Assembly (NCBI GenBank): GCA_027451365.1
Contig: DAIDJN010000064.1
Location: 1-52,457, forward strand
Reading direction: 5' to 3'
DNA length: 52,457 bases
From: Phycisphaerales bacterium
Lineage (GTDB): Bacteria > Planctomycetota > Phycisphaerae > WQYP01
Shown: piece by piece, positions 38,961 to 49,046 of the stretch
Position numbering within the stretch: the first letter of the stretch is position 1
How the letters are laid out: each line of letters starts with the position of its first letter
The notes under the pieces: model-generated
Databases searched by the model: none
Told to the model about the DNA's origin: nothing
What the model saw: the letters and a program-made list of their open reading frames with translations, nothing else
Position numbers and translations under genes: made by a program

Positions 38961-41387
38961 ATGCAAAATCAGGCAAATGAGGCATTTTCGCGGGTTCTCA
39001 TTGATAAGGCACTGGAATACAGTACCTGGAATTTGCTGGATCCCCGCCAAGTCCGTTTTGAGTTCACCGGGGCCACCGGGCGGGCGGATTATGTACTTTT
39101 CGGCCAGCGTGGCCCGCTTTGTGTTTTGGAAGCCAAGCGCGAAGATGTCGATCCGTATGATGCCAAAGAGCAGGCCCGTGGCTATGCGGAAAATCTCCAA
39201 GCCCCGTTCGTGATTCTCTCCAATGGCCGCGAGCACTGGTTCTGGAATTACGCCCGTAAAAATCAGGACGCCTACCGTATTGAGCGGCTGCCATCTCTTG
39301 CAGACCTCGAGCGGTTGCGTCTGAAAAATCTGCAACCGCCGCGCGCGTTGATGAGCGAGATCATCAGCCCCGATTACCTGCAAAAATTTCGCCCTGACCG
39401 CGAACTGCGGCGCTACCAGATTGAAGCGTTGGACACCGTATCGCGACAGTTTGATGATCACGCCTGCCGCCGATTCCTGCTGGAAATGGCAACCGGCACA
39501 GGTAAGACGCTGCTGTGCGCCGCGTTGATTCGGCGTTTTCTTGCCACGCGCAACGCCGAACGGGTTTTGTTTATTGTGGATCGCATTGAACTGGCCAAAC
39601 AGACGCTGGAAGAATTCAATATCATGCTTGCCGAATACAAGCCGGTTCTCTATAAAACAGCCCGCCGGAAATCCGGCGAATTGCTTGGCTCATCGGTGGT
39701 GGTCGCCACGCTGCAATCGCTTATGGTGGATCGCCGCTACCGCGAGGAATTCACACCGTTTCATTTTGATCTGGTGATTAACGACGAGGCCCACCGGTCC
39801 ATTTACGGAGATGCCAGGGAAGTGGTGCAATTTTTCCAGGCTACGCGCGTCGGTCTGACGGCCACGCCCAAGGCCTATCTGAAAAATGTGGATATTCAGC
39901 AGCTTGAACAGGAAAATCCCAAGGCCCTTGAAGCGCGGCTGTTTCGTGATACCTACAATTATTTCGGCTGCAAGCCTGGCTTTCCAACCTTCCGCTATGA
40001 CATTGTTGACGCGGTGAAGGACCCGGAAGGCCCATTTCTGTGCCTGCCGAAAATAATTGACCTGCGATCAGATATCACCACGCAGGCGCTGGCCGATTCC
40101 GGCTGGGCGGTGGTCATTAACGAACAGGAAGAAAACTTCAAAATCAGGGACCTTGAGCGCAAAATCTTCACCCCCACGCGCAATCGCGTGATCTGCGAGG
40201 CGTTTTTGGCTGAAGCGCAGCGGGATCCGGCGGGAAATATGGGGAAATCTCTGGTGTTTGCGGTGAACCAAACTCATGCAACGGAGCTGACGAAAATTTT
40301 TAACTCGCTTCAGGCCGGTGTTGCCGTCACCATCACCAGCCGGATTGAGGGTGCCGCGGAAATAGCCAAGGAATTTCGCGACGGCAAACGGAGTGAACGT
40401 ATAGCCGTTTCCGTGGATATGCTTTCAACTGGTTACAACTGCCCGGACTTGCTGAATATTGGACTGATGCGGCCCATTTTTTCCCCAACTGAGTACATCC
40501 AAATTAAGGGACGCGGCACGCGACTATTTACCTTTAAGATCGGCAATACGGAATACGAAAAGAAACATTTCCTTATACTGGATTTCTGCGCGGTGGCCGA
40601 ATATTTTGAGGAAAAATACGATTATAGTATTCCGCTCAAGCTGCCGCGCCCCAAGCGGCAATCCGAACCTGCCACCTACCCGCCACATTTACCACAGGGA
40701 CTGGTTTTGCGCGAAGGTGATGGTGAGGATGGCACTGCGGACGTTGTGCCGTCCGGCACGGCCCCGCCGCCGGCGCGGGATATTCCCACCTGGGAGGGCG
40801 TGGACACTCTGGTGAGCCGGGAAATCACCGTTGTCGGGCCGGACGGGCAGAAGGTGGATCTGATGACCTTTCGCGGCGGTTATGAGCGGGACATCAGAGA
40901 TTTTGTCGCCCGGACTCCGGAAATGCAGAGCGCTGTTGAAGCGGAAGATGATGACACGGTGGAAACCCTGGTTAACGAACGGTTTTATCACCGGCCGGAA
41001 ATGTACTACTCCCCGGACAAGCTCATTGTGTCTTATGGCGTGCCGGCCAGCACACCGGCTTTTGTTTACAACGCCGTCGGGCGAAAGCCGCTGCCGACCC
41101 GCGACGCAATTATTTCCGATACGGTGGAATCCATCGCTGCGCGGTTTAATCTGCGTTACAATGAGCAGAAGTGGCTTAACGCCACCGCCGAACTGATTGC
41201 CGAGGATGGCAACTCGCTGAAAAAATTCATGGCGGGGGATATGACGATATTTAACGCTGGCCAGTTTAATCCGCTGGGCGGCGTATCGGCGCTATCCCGG
41301 TTTGAAGCGCGTGGCGAAGTATTTGAAGCGCTGCGGCAGTCCGGCCTTGTTCGGCAATCTCTGTTGGCCACTGCGGCCCGTGCGTAA
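38961..41387 (+). CDS. hsdR: Type I restriction enzyme R subunit
   Basis: Nuclease motif ADYVL...EAK, MATGTGKT, DEAH, GLTATP and QIKGRGTR. Confidence 0.93.
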   Translation: MQNQANEAFSRVLIDKALEYSTWNLLDPRQVRFEFTGATGRADYVLFGQRGPLCVLEAKREDVDPYDAKEQARGYAENLQAPFVILSNGREHWFWNYARKNQDAYRIERLPSLADLERLRLKNLQPPRALMSEIISPDYLQKFRPDRELRRYQIEALDTVSRQFDDHACRRFLLEMATGTGKTLLCAALIRRFLATRNAERVLFIVDRIELAKQTLEEFNIMLAEYKPVLYKTARRKSGELLGSSVVVATLQSLMVDRRYREEFTPFHFDLVINDEAHRSIYGDAREVVQFFQATRVGLTATPKAYLKNVDIQQLEQENPKALEARLFRDTYNYFGCKPGFPTFRYDIVDAVKDPEGPFLCLPKIIDLRSDITTQALADSGWAVVINEQEENFKIRDLERKIFTPTRNRVICEAFLAEAQRDPAGNMGKSLVFAVNQTHATELTKIFNSLQAGVAVTITSRIEGAAEIAKEFRDGKRSERIAVSVDMLSTGYNCPDLLNIGLMRPIFSPTEYIQIKGRGTRLFTFKIGNTEYEKKHFLILDFCAVAEYFEEKYDYSIPLKLPRPKRQSEPATYPPHLPQGLVLREGDGEDGTADVVPSGTAPPPARDIPTWEGVDTLVSREITVVGPDGQKVDLMTFRGGYERDIRDFVARTPEMQSAVEAEDDDTVETLVNERFYHRPEMYYSPDKLIVSYGVPASTPAFVYNAVGRKPLPTRDAIISDTVESIAARFNLRYNEQKWLNATAELIAEDGNSLKKFMAGDMTIFNAGQFNPLGGVSALSRFEARGEVFEALRQSGLVRQSLLATAARA

Positions 41388-41397
41388 AAGGCTAAAT

Positions 41398-42909
41398 ATG
41401 GCAACCGACCTACCAGTAAAAACCAACGGCTCCAATTTCTTCTCCTCGGGCCTGCGCCAGCGGGTGGACCAGCTTATGGACATCCTGTATTCCGGCGGGG
41501 TGAACAACCCGATGGACTCCATTGAACAGATTTCCTATCTGCTGTTCTTACGCCTGCTGACGGAAAAGGATGAGACGCTGGCAGGGATTGATAAAAATTA
41601 TACCCGGATTTTCTCCGGTAAATGGGCACGCTTTGCCTGGGGTAATTTTGTGACCTTGGCCGGTGATGAACTTTTTAACGCCGCCCGTGACGCCATTGAA
41701 AGCCTGCATGAGTTGCCAAACTTAAGCGACACGGGCAAGCTGCTGTTTGGCCGCGCCACATTGAAAATCTATGACCGCCCCACGTTGCGCGCCATCATTC
41801 AGGGCATTGCGGAAATGGACCTTACCGCCCATGATGGCCACGACGTGAAGGGCGACATGTATGAGTATCTGCTTTCCAAGCTTTCCATGTCCGGTACCAA
41901 TGGCCAGTTCCGCACGCCGCGCCATATCATTGATCTGATTGTTGAATTGGTGGACCCGCAGCCCGGCCAGCGAATATGCGACCCGGCCTGCGGCACAGCG
42001 GGTTTTCTGATCTCCTCACTGAATCACATTCTGCGCCAAAACACCAAACCCGCCGACCTGAAGCGGGGGCACATTGATGGCTCACTACTTAAACCGGCGC
42101 AATGGAAATTTCTGGAATCGCAGGCTTTTACCGGTTTTGATAATGACGCCAACATGGTGAAAATCGCCATCCTTAATTTATATCTGCACCAGTTGGAACG
42201 GGCGCGGATTGAGCATTTCAACCCGCTGACTACGGGGTTTGGCGGGGTGTATCCGGGTGAACGCTTTGAAATTATTTTGGCCAATCCGCCATTCTCCGGC
42301 AAGGTGCAGGATGAAAGCATCCTTGCTGATCTGAATTATAAGTTGAACACCCGTGCCACCGAATTGCTATTTCTGAAATGGTTTGTGGATCATCTGGCAC
42401 CGGGCGGGCGGGCCGGTGTTATTGTGCCCAATGGCGTGTTATTTGGATCAACAAAGGCCGCCGTGAAACTACGCGAAGCGCTATTAACCGAATGCGATCT
42501 ACAGGCCATCATCAATTTGCCCAGCGGGGTTTTCAAGCCGTATGCGGGGGTGGCCACGGCCGCGTTGATATTCCAGAAGGGCACACCCACCCAGTCTGTT
42601 TGGTTTTACGATTTGGGGGCCGACGGCCTGAGCCTGGACGACAAGCGCAGCCCCATAGAAGCCAACGACATTCCGGATATTTTGGCCAAATGGCCGGGGC
42701 GTGAAGAAAGCAAAAAAAGCTATCGCGTGGCGATCGAAAAAATCAAGGAAAGCGATTGGAGCCTGGCCGCGGGGCGGTACAGGGCCGTTACCAGCGAAGC
42801 CGTGAACCATGATGCACCCGCCGACATTCTCCGTGAGGTAATTAAATTGGAAAATGAGATTATCCAACGCGGCGAGGAATTGCTGGCAAGGATCAGGGAG
42901 AGCAGATGA
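41398..42909 (+). CDS. hsdM: Type I R-M N6-adenine methyltransferase subunit
   Basis: Motifs GQFRTPR, DPACGTAGF, NPPF and LPSGVFKPY. Confidence 0.95.
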   Translation: MATDLPVKTNGSNFFSSGLRQRVDQLMDILYSGGVNNPMDSIEQISYLLFLRLLTEKDETLAGIDKNYTRIFSGKWARFAWGNFVTLAGDELFNAARDAIESLHELPNLSDTGKLLFGRATLKIYDRPTLRAIIQGIAEMDLTAHDGHDVKGDMYEYLLSKLSMSGTNGQFRTPRHIIDLIVELVDPQPGQRICDPACGTAGFLISSLNHILRQNTKPADLKRGHIDGSLLKPAQWKFLESQAFTGFDNDANMVKIAILNLYLHQLERARIEHFNPLTTGFGGVYPGERFEIILANPPFSGKVQDESILADLNYKLNTRATELLFLKWFVDHLAPGGRAGVIVPNGVLFGSTKAAVKLREALLTECDLQAIINLPSGVFKPYAGVATAALIFQKGTPTQSVWFYDLGADGLSLDDKRSPIEANDIPDILAKWPGREESKKSYRVAIEKIKESDWSLAAGRYRAVTSEAVNHDAPADILREVIKLENEIIQRGEELLARIRESR

Positions 42910-44069
42910 GGCGCTGGTCGGTGACACCGCTGGGCGAATTACTATCGCAACGGCTCGAGGAGTTTCAGCTCACCGACCCGTCAGTCGAGGGCTTTGTTAC
43001 AGTCCGGCTTTATGGGAAAGGAGCGACTCGGCGGAAAATTGGCGACGGCAAGACCCCCGTTCTGCGGGTGGCATACCGCGTGCGTTCAGGCGACCTAATC
43101 TACTCCCGCATAGATGCCCGCAATGGTGCATTCGCAATTATCCCGGACGAACTGAACGGCTTTGTCGTATCAAAGGATTTTCCATCATTCGCGATCAAAC
43201 ATGATCGCATTGATACGCGCTTTCTAATAAGATTCCTCGCAAGCGAGCAGTTCTTCCGCCAATTACAGGCGTCAAGCTTTGGGACGACCAACAGGCAAAG
43301 AATTCAGGAAGCGTCACTGCTCTCATACGGAATTCCCCTTCCGCCGCTGGCGGAGCAGGAGCGGATCGTGAAGTTGCTGGACGAGGCCGACGGACTGCGA
43401 AAACTCCGTGCCCAGGCCGACCGCCGCACCGCCGACCTCATCCCCGCACTCTTTCATGAGATGTTTGGCGAAGTGAAATTCGCTGTTTCCCCAATCGGCG
43501 ATGTTACATCCCTTGTAACCAGTGGCGCAACGCCACGGGGAGGTGAGGAGGTCTATACCACGGAAGGCCCCTACTTTATCCGGAGCCAAAACGTCCAAAT
43601 GAATCGGCTCGATCTGGCGGGCGCAGCGTGTCTGCCAGCCGGGGTCCATCATCAAATGGCCCGCACCCAAGTTGCGACTGGCGACGTGCTGCTAAACATC
43701 ACCGGTGCTTCGATCGGGCGTGTCGCATGGGTGGGCGAACTCGACCGCGCGGCGAACGTCAGCCAGCACGTTTGTTTAATCCGCCCCAAGCCTGATTTGG
43801 TAGATTCGATCTACCTTTCGGCTCTCATCTCCTTGCCGACGACGCAGAATTTTATTCTTCGGAATCAGGCCGGTGCCTCGCGGCAGGCGCTAAACCATAA
43901 GCAGGTGCGAGCCATCGAAATCCCACTGCCGCCGTTACCGCTACAAAATATATTCGCTCGGCGGGTATCTGAAATCCGCCAGATCGAATCCGCCCAAGCC
44001 ACCAGCCGTGCCCGGCTTGATGCCCTGTTCCAGTCCATGTTGCATTGTGCGTTTAATGGGGAATTGTAA
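42906..44069 (+). CDS. hsdS: Type I R-M specificity subunit
   Basis: Two TRDs with IPLPPLAEQERIV and IPLPPLPLQ conserved regions; C-terminal AFNGEL. Confidence 0.95.
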   Translation: MRRWSVTPLGELLSQRLEEFQLTDPSVEGFVTVRLYGKGATRRKIGDGKTPVLRVAYRVRSGDLIYSRIDARNGAFAIIPDELNGFVVSKDFPSFAIKHDRIDTRFLIRFLASEQFFRQLQASSFGTTNRQRIQEASLLSYGIPLPPLAEQERIVKLLDEADGLRKLRAQADRRTADLIPALFHEMFGEVKFAVSPIGDVTSLVTSGATPRGGEEVYTTEGPYFIRSQNVQMNRLDLAGAACLPAGVHHQMARTQVATGDVLLNITGASIGRVAWVGELDRAANVSQHVCLIRPKPDLVDSIYLSALISLPTTQNFILRNQAGASRQALNHKQVRAIEIPLPPLPLQNIFARRVSEIRQIESAQATSRARLDALFQSMLHCAFNGEL

Positions 44070-45550
44070 TGAATGAAACCGATAAATCCCCCGCCCGGAT
44101 ATATTTCACGGATTTTTTCGGCGTTTCTGAGGACACCCTTGCAAAATATGGCGCGTTCAACGTGTCATGCATAGTTGACTTACCTCTCTTTATAGACCCA
44201 TTCCTGCTCTTCACGAGCAAAAAATGGGAGTACCAGAACCTGCACGAGGAAATCATAAAATATCTACGATTTCTGAGGGATGAGTCACTAAAGGGTGGCA
44301 TGAACGACGGCCAGTTAAGGGCGTGGTACTGTTTCCATGAGGTGCGGCAGAACCAGTTTGGATTTTGCTTGAAGGGGAATCGCGGCAGTGGGCTTGGAAT
44401 GGGTTTTGCGCGTGCACTGCATGACAATTTGAACAAGATATTCGGTGATTTTGGGAAAGAGAAGGTCACAAAGGGGTCGCATCTCGAGAAGCTCGTTCTC
44501 ATTCGTGACGGCGTGGGCCGGGATAATATAAGCGACTTCACCACAAACCTGATCAAGGGTTATCTGCTTGGATATACGCAATCGTTCGCAAAGGGGCATA
44601 TCTCGCCGGAAAAATTAAAGCGGGTGAACGTCGCCGGAGTAAGATTTAATTATGAGTTCGGCACTTGGGAGAGTGAAACGTTTGAGTTGCCGTGGCTCGG
44701 CGATGACTACGTGTTATTAACTCCGGAAGATATTCTAACTAAGGATGATACATGGATTAATAAAGAGGATCTGCGAAAGGACTTCCCGGAAATAAGATAT
44801 GCCATCTCGAACCACGCACTCAGGGCTCAGATAGATGCTTACCTGCGAAAATCGTTGCCAAGGAAACCGACCGCTAAGGATAGGCGCGCGGCACTCGAGA
44901 TGACCCTACGACAGTTCCCTGAACTCATCGACTATTATATCCGCGAAAAAGAAAGGCACGGCGGCCAGGCGATCAGCCGCAGTGCAAAGAGGGTGGCGGA
45001 GGTCAACGATCGCTTCGTTCAGAATATCCGTCAATTGATCGCATTAATCGCGACGCATAGCCCGTTTTTTCATACCGCGGATACTACGCTAGAGGAAACA
45101 CGCCGGAAAATCGACTACCTAAAACAAGTCATCGAAAACCAAGACGGCTACAGGTTATTTTACGTGAAGGGGGTGCCAGTCGAGCGGGAAACCGATCTCC
45201 ATATTATGTTCAAACTGCTCTGGGAAGGATCGGTAAGTTCCGTGGATGCCGAAGTGAATAACGGGCGCGGCCCGGTCGATTTCAAAGTGTCGCGCGGTGC
45301 GCACGATAAGACGCTGGTCGAATTTAAACTGGCGAGCAATTCCAAGCTCCAACAGAACCTCGAGAGCCAGGTCGCAATTTATGAGAAGGCGAACAGGACG
45401 ACCCAATCGTACAAAGTCATTGTCTTCTTCTCTTTCGAGGATGAGAAGAAGGTCAAGAGAATATTAGCAAGGTCGAAGGTGCCGCAAGATTCCGGCGTAA
45501 TTCTGATTGACGCTCGCATGGACAATAAGCCCTCCGCGTCGACGGCCTAG
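44069..45550 (+). CDS. Hypothetical protein with C-terminal PD-(D/E)xK-like nuclease motif
   Basis: E...NNGRGPVDF...LVEFKL...Q...YE pattern; TAATG overlap with the hsdS stop. Confidence 0.75.
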   Translation: MNETDKSPARIYFTDFFGVSEDTLAKYGAFNVSCIVDLPLFIDPFLLFTSKKWEYQNLHEEIIKYLRFLRDESLKGGMNDGQLRAWYCFHEVRQNQFGFCLKGNRGSGLGMGFARALHDNLNKIFGDFGKEKVTKGSHLEKLVLIRDGVGRDNISDFTTNLIKGYLLGYTQSFAKGHISPEKLKRVNVAGVRFNYEFGTWESETFELPWLGDDYVLLTPEDILTKDDTWINKEDLRKDFPEIRYAISNHALRAQIDAYLRKSLPRKPTAKDRRAALEMTLRQFPELIDYYIREKERHGGQAISRSAKRVAEVNDRFVQNIRQLIALIATHSPFFHTADTTLEETRRKIDYLKQVIENQDGYRLFYVKGVPVERETDLHIMFKLLWEGSVSSVDAEVNNGRGPVDFKVSRGAHDKTLVEFKLASNSKLQQNLESQVAIYEKANRTTQSYKVIVFFSFEDEKKVKRILARSKVPQDSGVILIDARMDNKPSASTA

Positions 45551-45986
45551 CCAGGCGGCTGCTTTTTATCTGTGCCGGATCCTACGGGCTGGCTCACCGT
45601 TGGGCAGCGGCTCTGCGAGGACTGGACGAAGCGTGCCGGCAGTAGCGAGACGCGTAACCGTCATGCTCTGGTGGCCAAACAGGCACTGTGGGCCCAAGGC
45701 TTTCCGACAGCCGGCAACCCGGGCCAAGCGGCGGTTCCCCCCGCCCCGTGCCCCGAGCGGGTCGGTTCGTCACGGCTGCAGGCCGCCGGCGATGGTTGCC
45801 TGCCCTGGCGAAATCCGGTAAGCTGGACCTCAGTCTCGTCGTGTTGCGCATCCGCCCCGGCTCCGTGCGAAAGCAGCAAATGGCCCGACCCTTGGGGTGC
45901 AAGTTGGCCAGATGTTCGGAACCGAGCGATGCCGACTGCGACCCGAAGGTCGTGCGGAGGGCATCGCGTGAAGGAGGAACGAAGTT

Positions 45987-47075
45987 ATGTCCGATTCGAC
46001 AGGCATTGAAGGGCAAAATAGCGACCGGGGAGCCGGATCGACCCCGGCGGACGCTGGCACCAGAATGCCCTCAGGGGGGGATACAACCGGGGGAGGCCCC
46101 CAATCCGCAGAAGCGCCAGCTAACGGCGCCGAGCCGCAATCGCCCGCCCAGGTTGATCCGATGAGCGAATTTTTTAGCGTTATAGGCCGAGGCGAGATTG
46201 AGAAAGACAAGTCTAGGATCGAGAGCTTGATCGGGGATGTTGTTACGAGCACGATTGGTAAACAGCCCATTTCGGCAGACTATAATGTGTTAATCTTCCA
46301 CAGCCCCAATGCCATTGTGCATGGGCATGCCGATAAAATCTACGAAGCTGTGAAGGCCTTCGGGAAGCCCAAGCCGCTGCTTCTGGTGCTCTTCTCGCCC
46401 GGCGGCCAAATCGACGCGGCCTACCTAATAGGAAAACTGTGCAGGGAGTTCTCGACGAAACACGCGACAAAGTTCGCGATTGTCGTCCCACGCCAGGCCA
46501 AATCCGCCGCCACGCTTTTGTGCTGCGGCGCCGACGAGCTCCACATGGGGAGTCTGAGCGAATTGGGGCCGATAGATCCGCAAATTGACGGGGTCCCGGT
46601 TCTCGGCCTGAAAGACGCCGTCGATCACCTTGCCGACCTTGTAGAGAAGCACCCCGCTGCGTCCAAAATGTTCGCGGCCTACCTTCGGGAATCCATGCCA
46701 CTGATTAACCTGGGCTACTACGAGCGGGTCGCGAAATCGGCGGTTCAGTATGCGGAGCGGCTACTCAGGCTCCCTGCAGGAGTCCAAAACAAGCTCAAAA
46801 AAAACCCAACCGAGATAGCCCGAAAGCTCGTGTATTCCTACCAGGACCACAGCTTCGTGATCGACAAAGAGGAGGCGACGGACATCTTTAGCAGCGAAAT
46901 TGTTAACTCAGATTCCAAGGAATACTCCCTAGGAAATGCGGTCTACGAGGAACTTTCCCGTTTTGGCGCCATTATGGAGGTATTAAATTACAATTTTTCC
47001 TTCGTCGGATCGTGTGAATCAGGTTGCAATCTGAGCAGGAAAAGCCGGAGGCCTTCCGGTTCATTCGGGGCTTGA
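45987..47075 (+). CDS. SDH-family (ClpP-fold) serine protease-like protein
   Basis: Motifs SPGG, AKSAATLL, LGPIDPQ and DHSFVI; SD GAAGGAGG upstream; low-complexity N-terminal extension. Confidence 0.85.
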   Translation: MSDSTGIEGQNSDRGAGSTPADAGTRMPSGGDTTGGGPQSAEAPANGAEPQSPAQVDPMSEFFSVIGRGEIEKDKSRIESLIGDVVTSTIGKQPISADYNVLIFHSPNAIVHGHADKIYEAVKAFGKPKPLLLVLFSPGGQIDAAYLIGKLCREFSTKHATKFAIVVPRQAKSAATLLCCGADELHMGSLSELGPIDPQIDGVPVLGLKDAVDHLADLVEKHPAASKMFAAYLRESMPLINLGYYERVAKSAVQYAERLLRLPAGVQNKLKKNPTEIARKLVYSYQDHSFVIDKEEATDIFSSEIVNSDSKEYSLGNAVYEELSRFGAIMEVLNYNFSFVGSCESGCNLSRKSRRPSGSFGA

Positions 47076-47149
47076 TGGTGACCCGGTATCCGATATCCCC
47101 AAGGGACAGACCGCAGGGCACCGACTGCCCACGCGAAAAGGAGTAAAAC

Positions 47150-47485
47150 ATGGCCGTGATGGTCTCAACCAATAATCCCGCCGCCCTCTGGCGGCTGGTG
47201 CAAGAGAAGATCGGGGACGGGTCCATAAAAACATGGGACTTGATTAAGGGGACCTACCTCACGCACAATCCGGCGCAATGGAATCGGAACGCATTCTTCA
47301 GGGTTCTCATCCAAGAGGAACAGTTGAACTTCTTCATTGTTCCGCCCGAAGGCCAGAAAATATCGACGGAGGACTATGCGGTATACCATGGTCGACTGAT
47401 CGAAATGTTGCTTGCCCACTTTGACCGAAGATTTCGGCGTGCGTCCGCGTCGGCCAACCCAGTACCGGGCGATTCAGTGGGCTAG
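47150..47485 (+). CDS. Small hypothetical protein
   Basis: 111 aa with SD AAGGAG, globular composition and YAVYHGRLIEMLLAHFD; co-oriented with the protease. Confidence 0.75.
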   Translation: MAVMVSTNNPAALWRLVQEKIGDGSIKTWDLIKGTYLTHNPAQWNRNAFFRVLIQEEQLNFFIVPPEGQKISTEDYAVYHGRLIEMLLAHFDRRFRRASASANPVPGDSVG

Positions 47486-48026
47486 AACTGCCCAATTGCG
47501 ACACACACCGCTTTCGTGACCGGCCAACCCAGACGGCGGACAAGCCGCCAATATTTCCACAGCGTCATCCCCGCAGTCGCCGTAGTCAGTTTCCCCCGTG
47601 GGGCGTAATGGAGCCGAGAGTTATTTTCGGCCAACGACGCAACTTATATCACGGTCCCCGGCGAAATTCAGTAGGCCGTCTGGCCCCGTCCTGCGCGTCC
47701 GAAACCTTAGCAGCAATTTCGACGTGAATTAGGACAACGAGTAGGCTGCAAGCGCGAACGTTCCGCTGTTAGCATGATGAATGCGGAAAATTCGGTAAAC
47801 GTCCCGCGAAGCGCCGGTAGACTCAGGCCGTGTGTTTTGTTTTAAATTTCAACTGCTGCGGTCGGATGGGTGGTCGACGGTTTGGCTATTTTGATTCTGG
47901 CAGGTTGCGGGCCGTCCGCGCCTCTGGGCCGGGTTTTTACGCGGCGGATTTTCCGCTACGGATGGGGCGTGGCGGCCATCGCCGCGGAGCGGGGGAATTT
48001 GGAGCAGGTGACCAGGCGAGCACATT

Positions 48027-48141
48027 TGGCGGGCGGGACTGCGCTCAATGGACAATGATCAATGATCAAAGGGGCGCGGGGGTTAGAGGTTTTGGAGGGC
48101 GGATTGCGCTGGGTTACGGGGGCGGGAGCGCGGGCACGATG
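48027..48141 (+). repeat. Degenerate direct repeat, left of the AbiE-VapBC block
   Basis: 48027-48058 matches 51299-51330 at 29/32; 48083-48114 matches 51385-51416 at 26/32; followed by gcgggc(a/g)cgatg. Confidence 0.75.
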
Positions 48142-48171
48142 GGGTCAAATAGTTGCTTTTATGTCGGAATC

Positions 48172-48230
48172 GGTATATTATAAATGCATAAAGACGAACT
48201 GGGTGAGACTTTATGGAGACACAATATACC
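48172..48230. promoter_or_regulatory. Inverted-repeat operator of the AbiE operon
   Basis: GGTATATT-N7-CATAAAG, a 15-bp spacer, then CTTTATG-N7-AATATACC, overlapping the abiEi start. Confidence 0.6.
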
Positions 48231-49046
48231 AAGAGGTCCAAGGGGATCGATGCTTCGAATCGTGCCTTGCTCGACCAGATGGTCCGTTCGATTTCCGGTC
48301 CTTTTACACCAGCACAGGCAGCACAACTGCTTTCCGTTGACGTGGTGCGCGCCAGAAAACTGCTTGCTTACCTAGCCTCTCGAGGTTGGCTATCCCGAAT
48401 CCGCAATGGCCTTTATACCCCAATCCCGCTTGGGGCGACTGCGCCCACACAGTGGAGAGAGGATCCGTGGATTGTCGCGGCGACAAGCTTCGCACCGTGC
48501 TATCTAGCAGGCTGGAGCGCCGCCGAACACTGGCACCTTACCGAGCAGATTTTTCGTGATGTCATGGTGATCACGGCGGCACCCGTCCGAACCAGGATGG
48601 TGAAAATTCAGGACACGTCGTTTCGTCTGAGCCATCGGAAGGAAAGTGAACATTTCGGACTGGCCATTGTCTGGAGAAATCAAACCAGCGTGAAGGTATC
48701 CGATCCGTCACGCACACTCATTGACATGCTTGACGATCCCGCCATGGGAGGCGGAATTCGTCACGTTGCCGATGTGCTTGATGCCTGCCTTCGCAGTGAA
48801 CATCGCAACGATGATAAGATCATTGCATACGCCGACCGGTTGGGAAATCACACGGTTATGAAACGCCTGGGCTATCTTATCGAGACGCTTAAAATGGATG
48901 CCGAAACACTTCTGGGTGCATGCCTTGATCGACGCAGCCTGGGCCTGACCAAACTTGACCCATCAAGTAAGAGCCAAGGACGCATCCTGAAGCGATGGGG
49001 GCTTCGCATTAACGCCACGATACAACCAAGGGACAACCATTCATGA
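48213..49046 (+). CDS. abiEi: Type IV TA antitoxin AbiEi (wHTH regulator)
   Basis: Motifs LASRGWLSRIRNGLY, YLAGWSAAEHW, SDPSRTLID and KRLGYL; ATGA overlap with the toxin gene. Confidence 0.88.
   Translation: METQYTKRSKGIDASNRALLDQMVRSISGPFTPAQAAQLLSVDVVRARKLLAYLASRGWLSRIRNGLYTPIPLGATAPTQWREDPWIVAATSFAPCYLAGWSAAEHWHLTEQIFRDVMVITAAPVRTRMVKIQDTSFRLSHRKESEHFGLAIVWRNQTSVKVSDPSRTLIDMLDDPAMGGGIRHVADVLDACLRSEHRNDDKIIAYADRLGNHTVMKRLGYLIETLKMDAETLLGACLDRRSLGLTKLDPSSKSQGRILKRWGLRINATIQPRDNHS

Noticed and set aside
47486..48026. Gene or RNA in the gap before AbiE
   Set aside because: Only short low-complexity ORFs and no recognisable motif.
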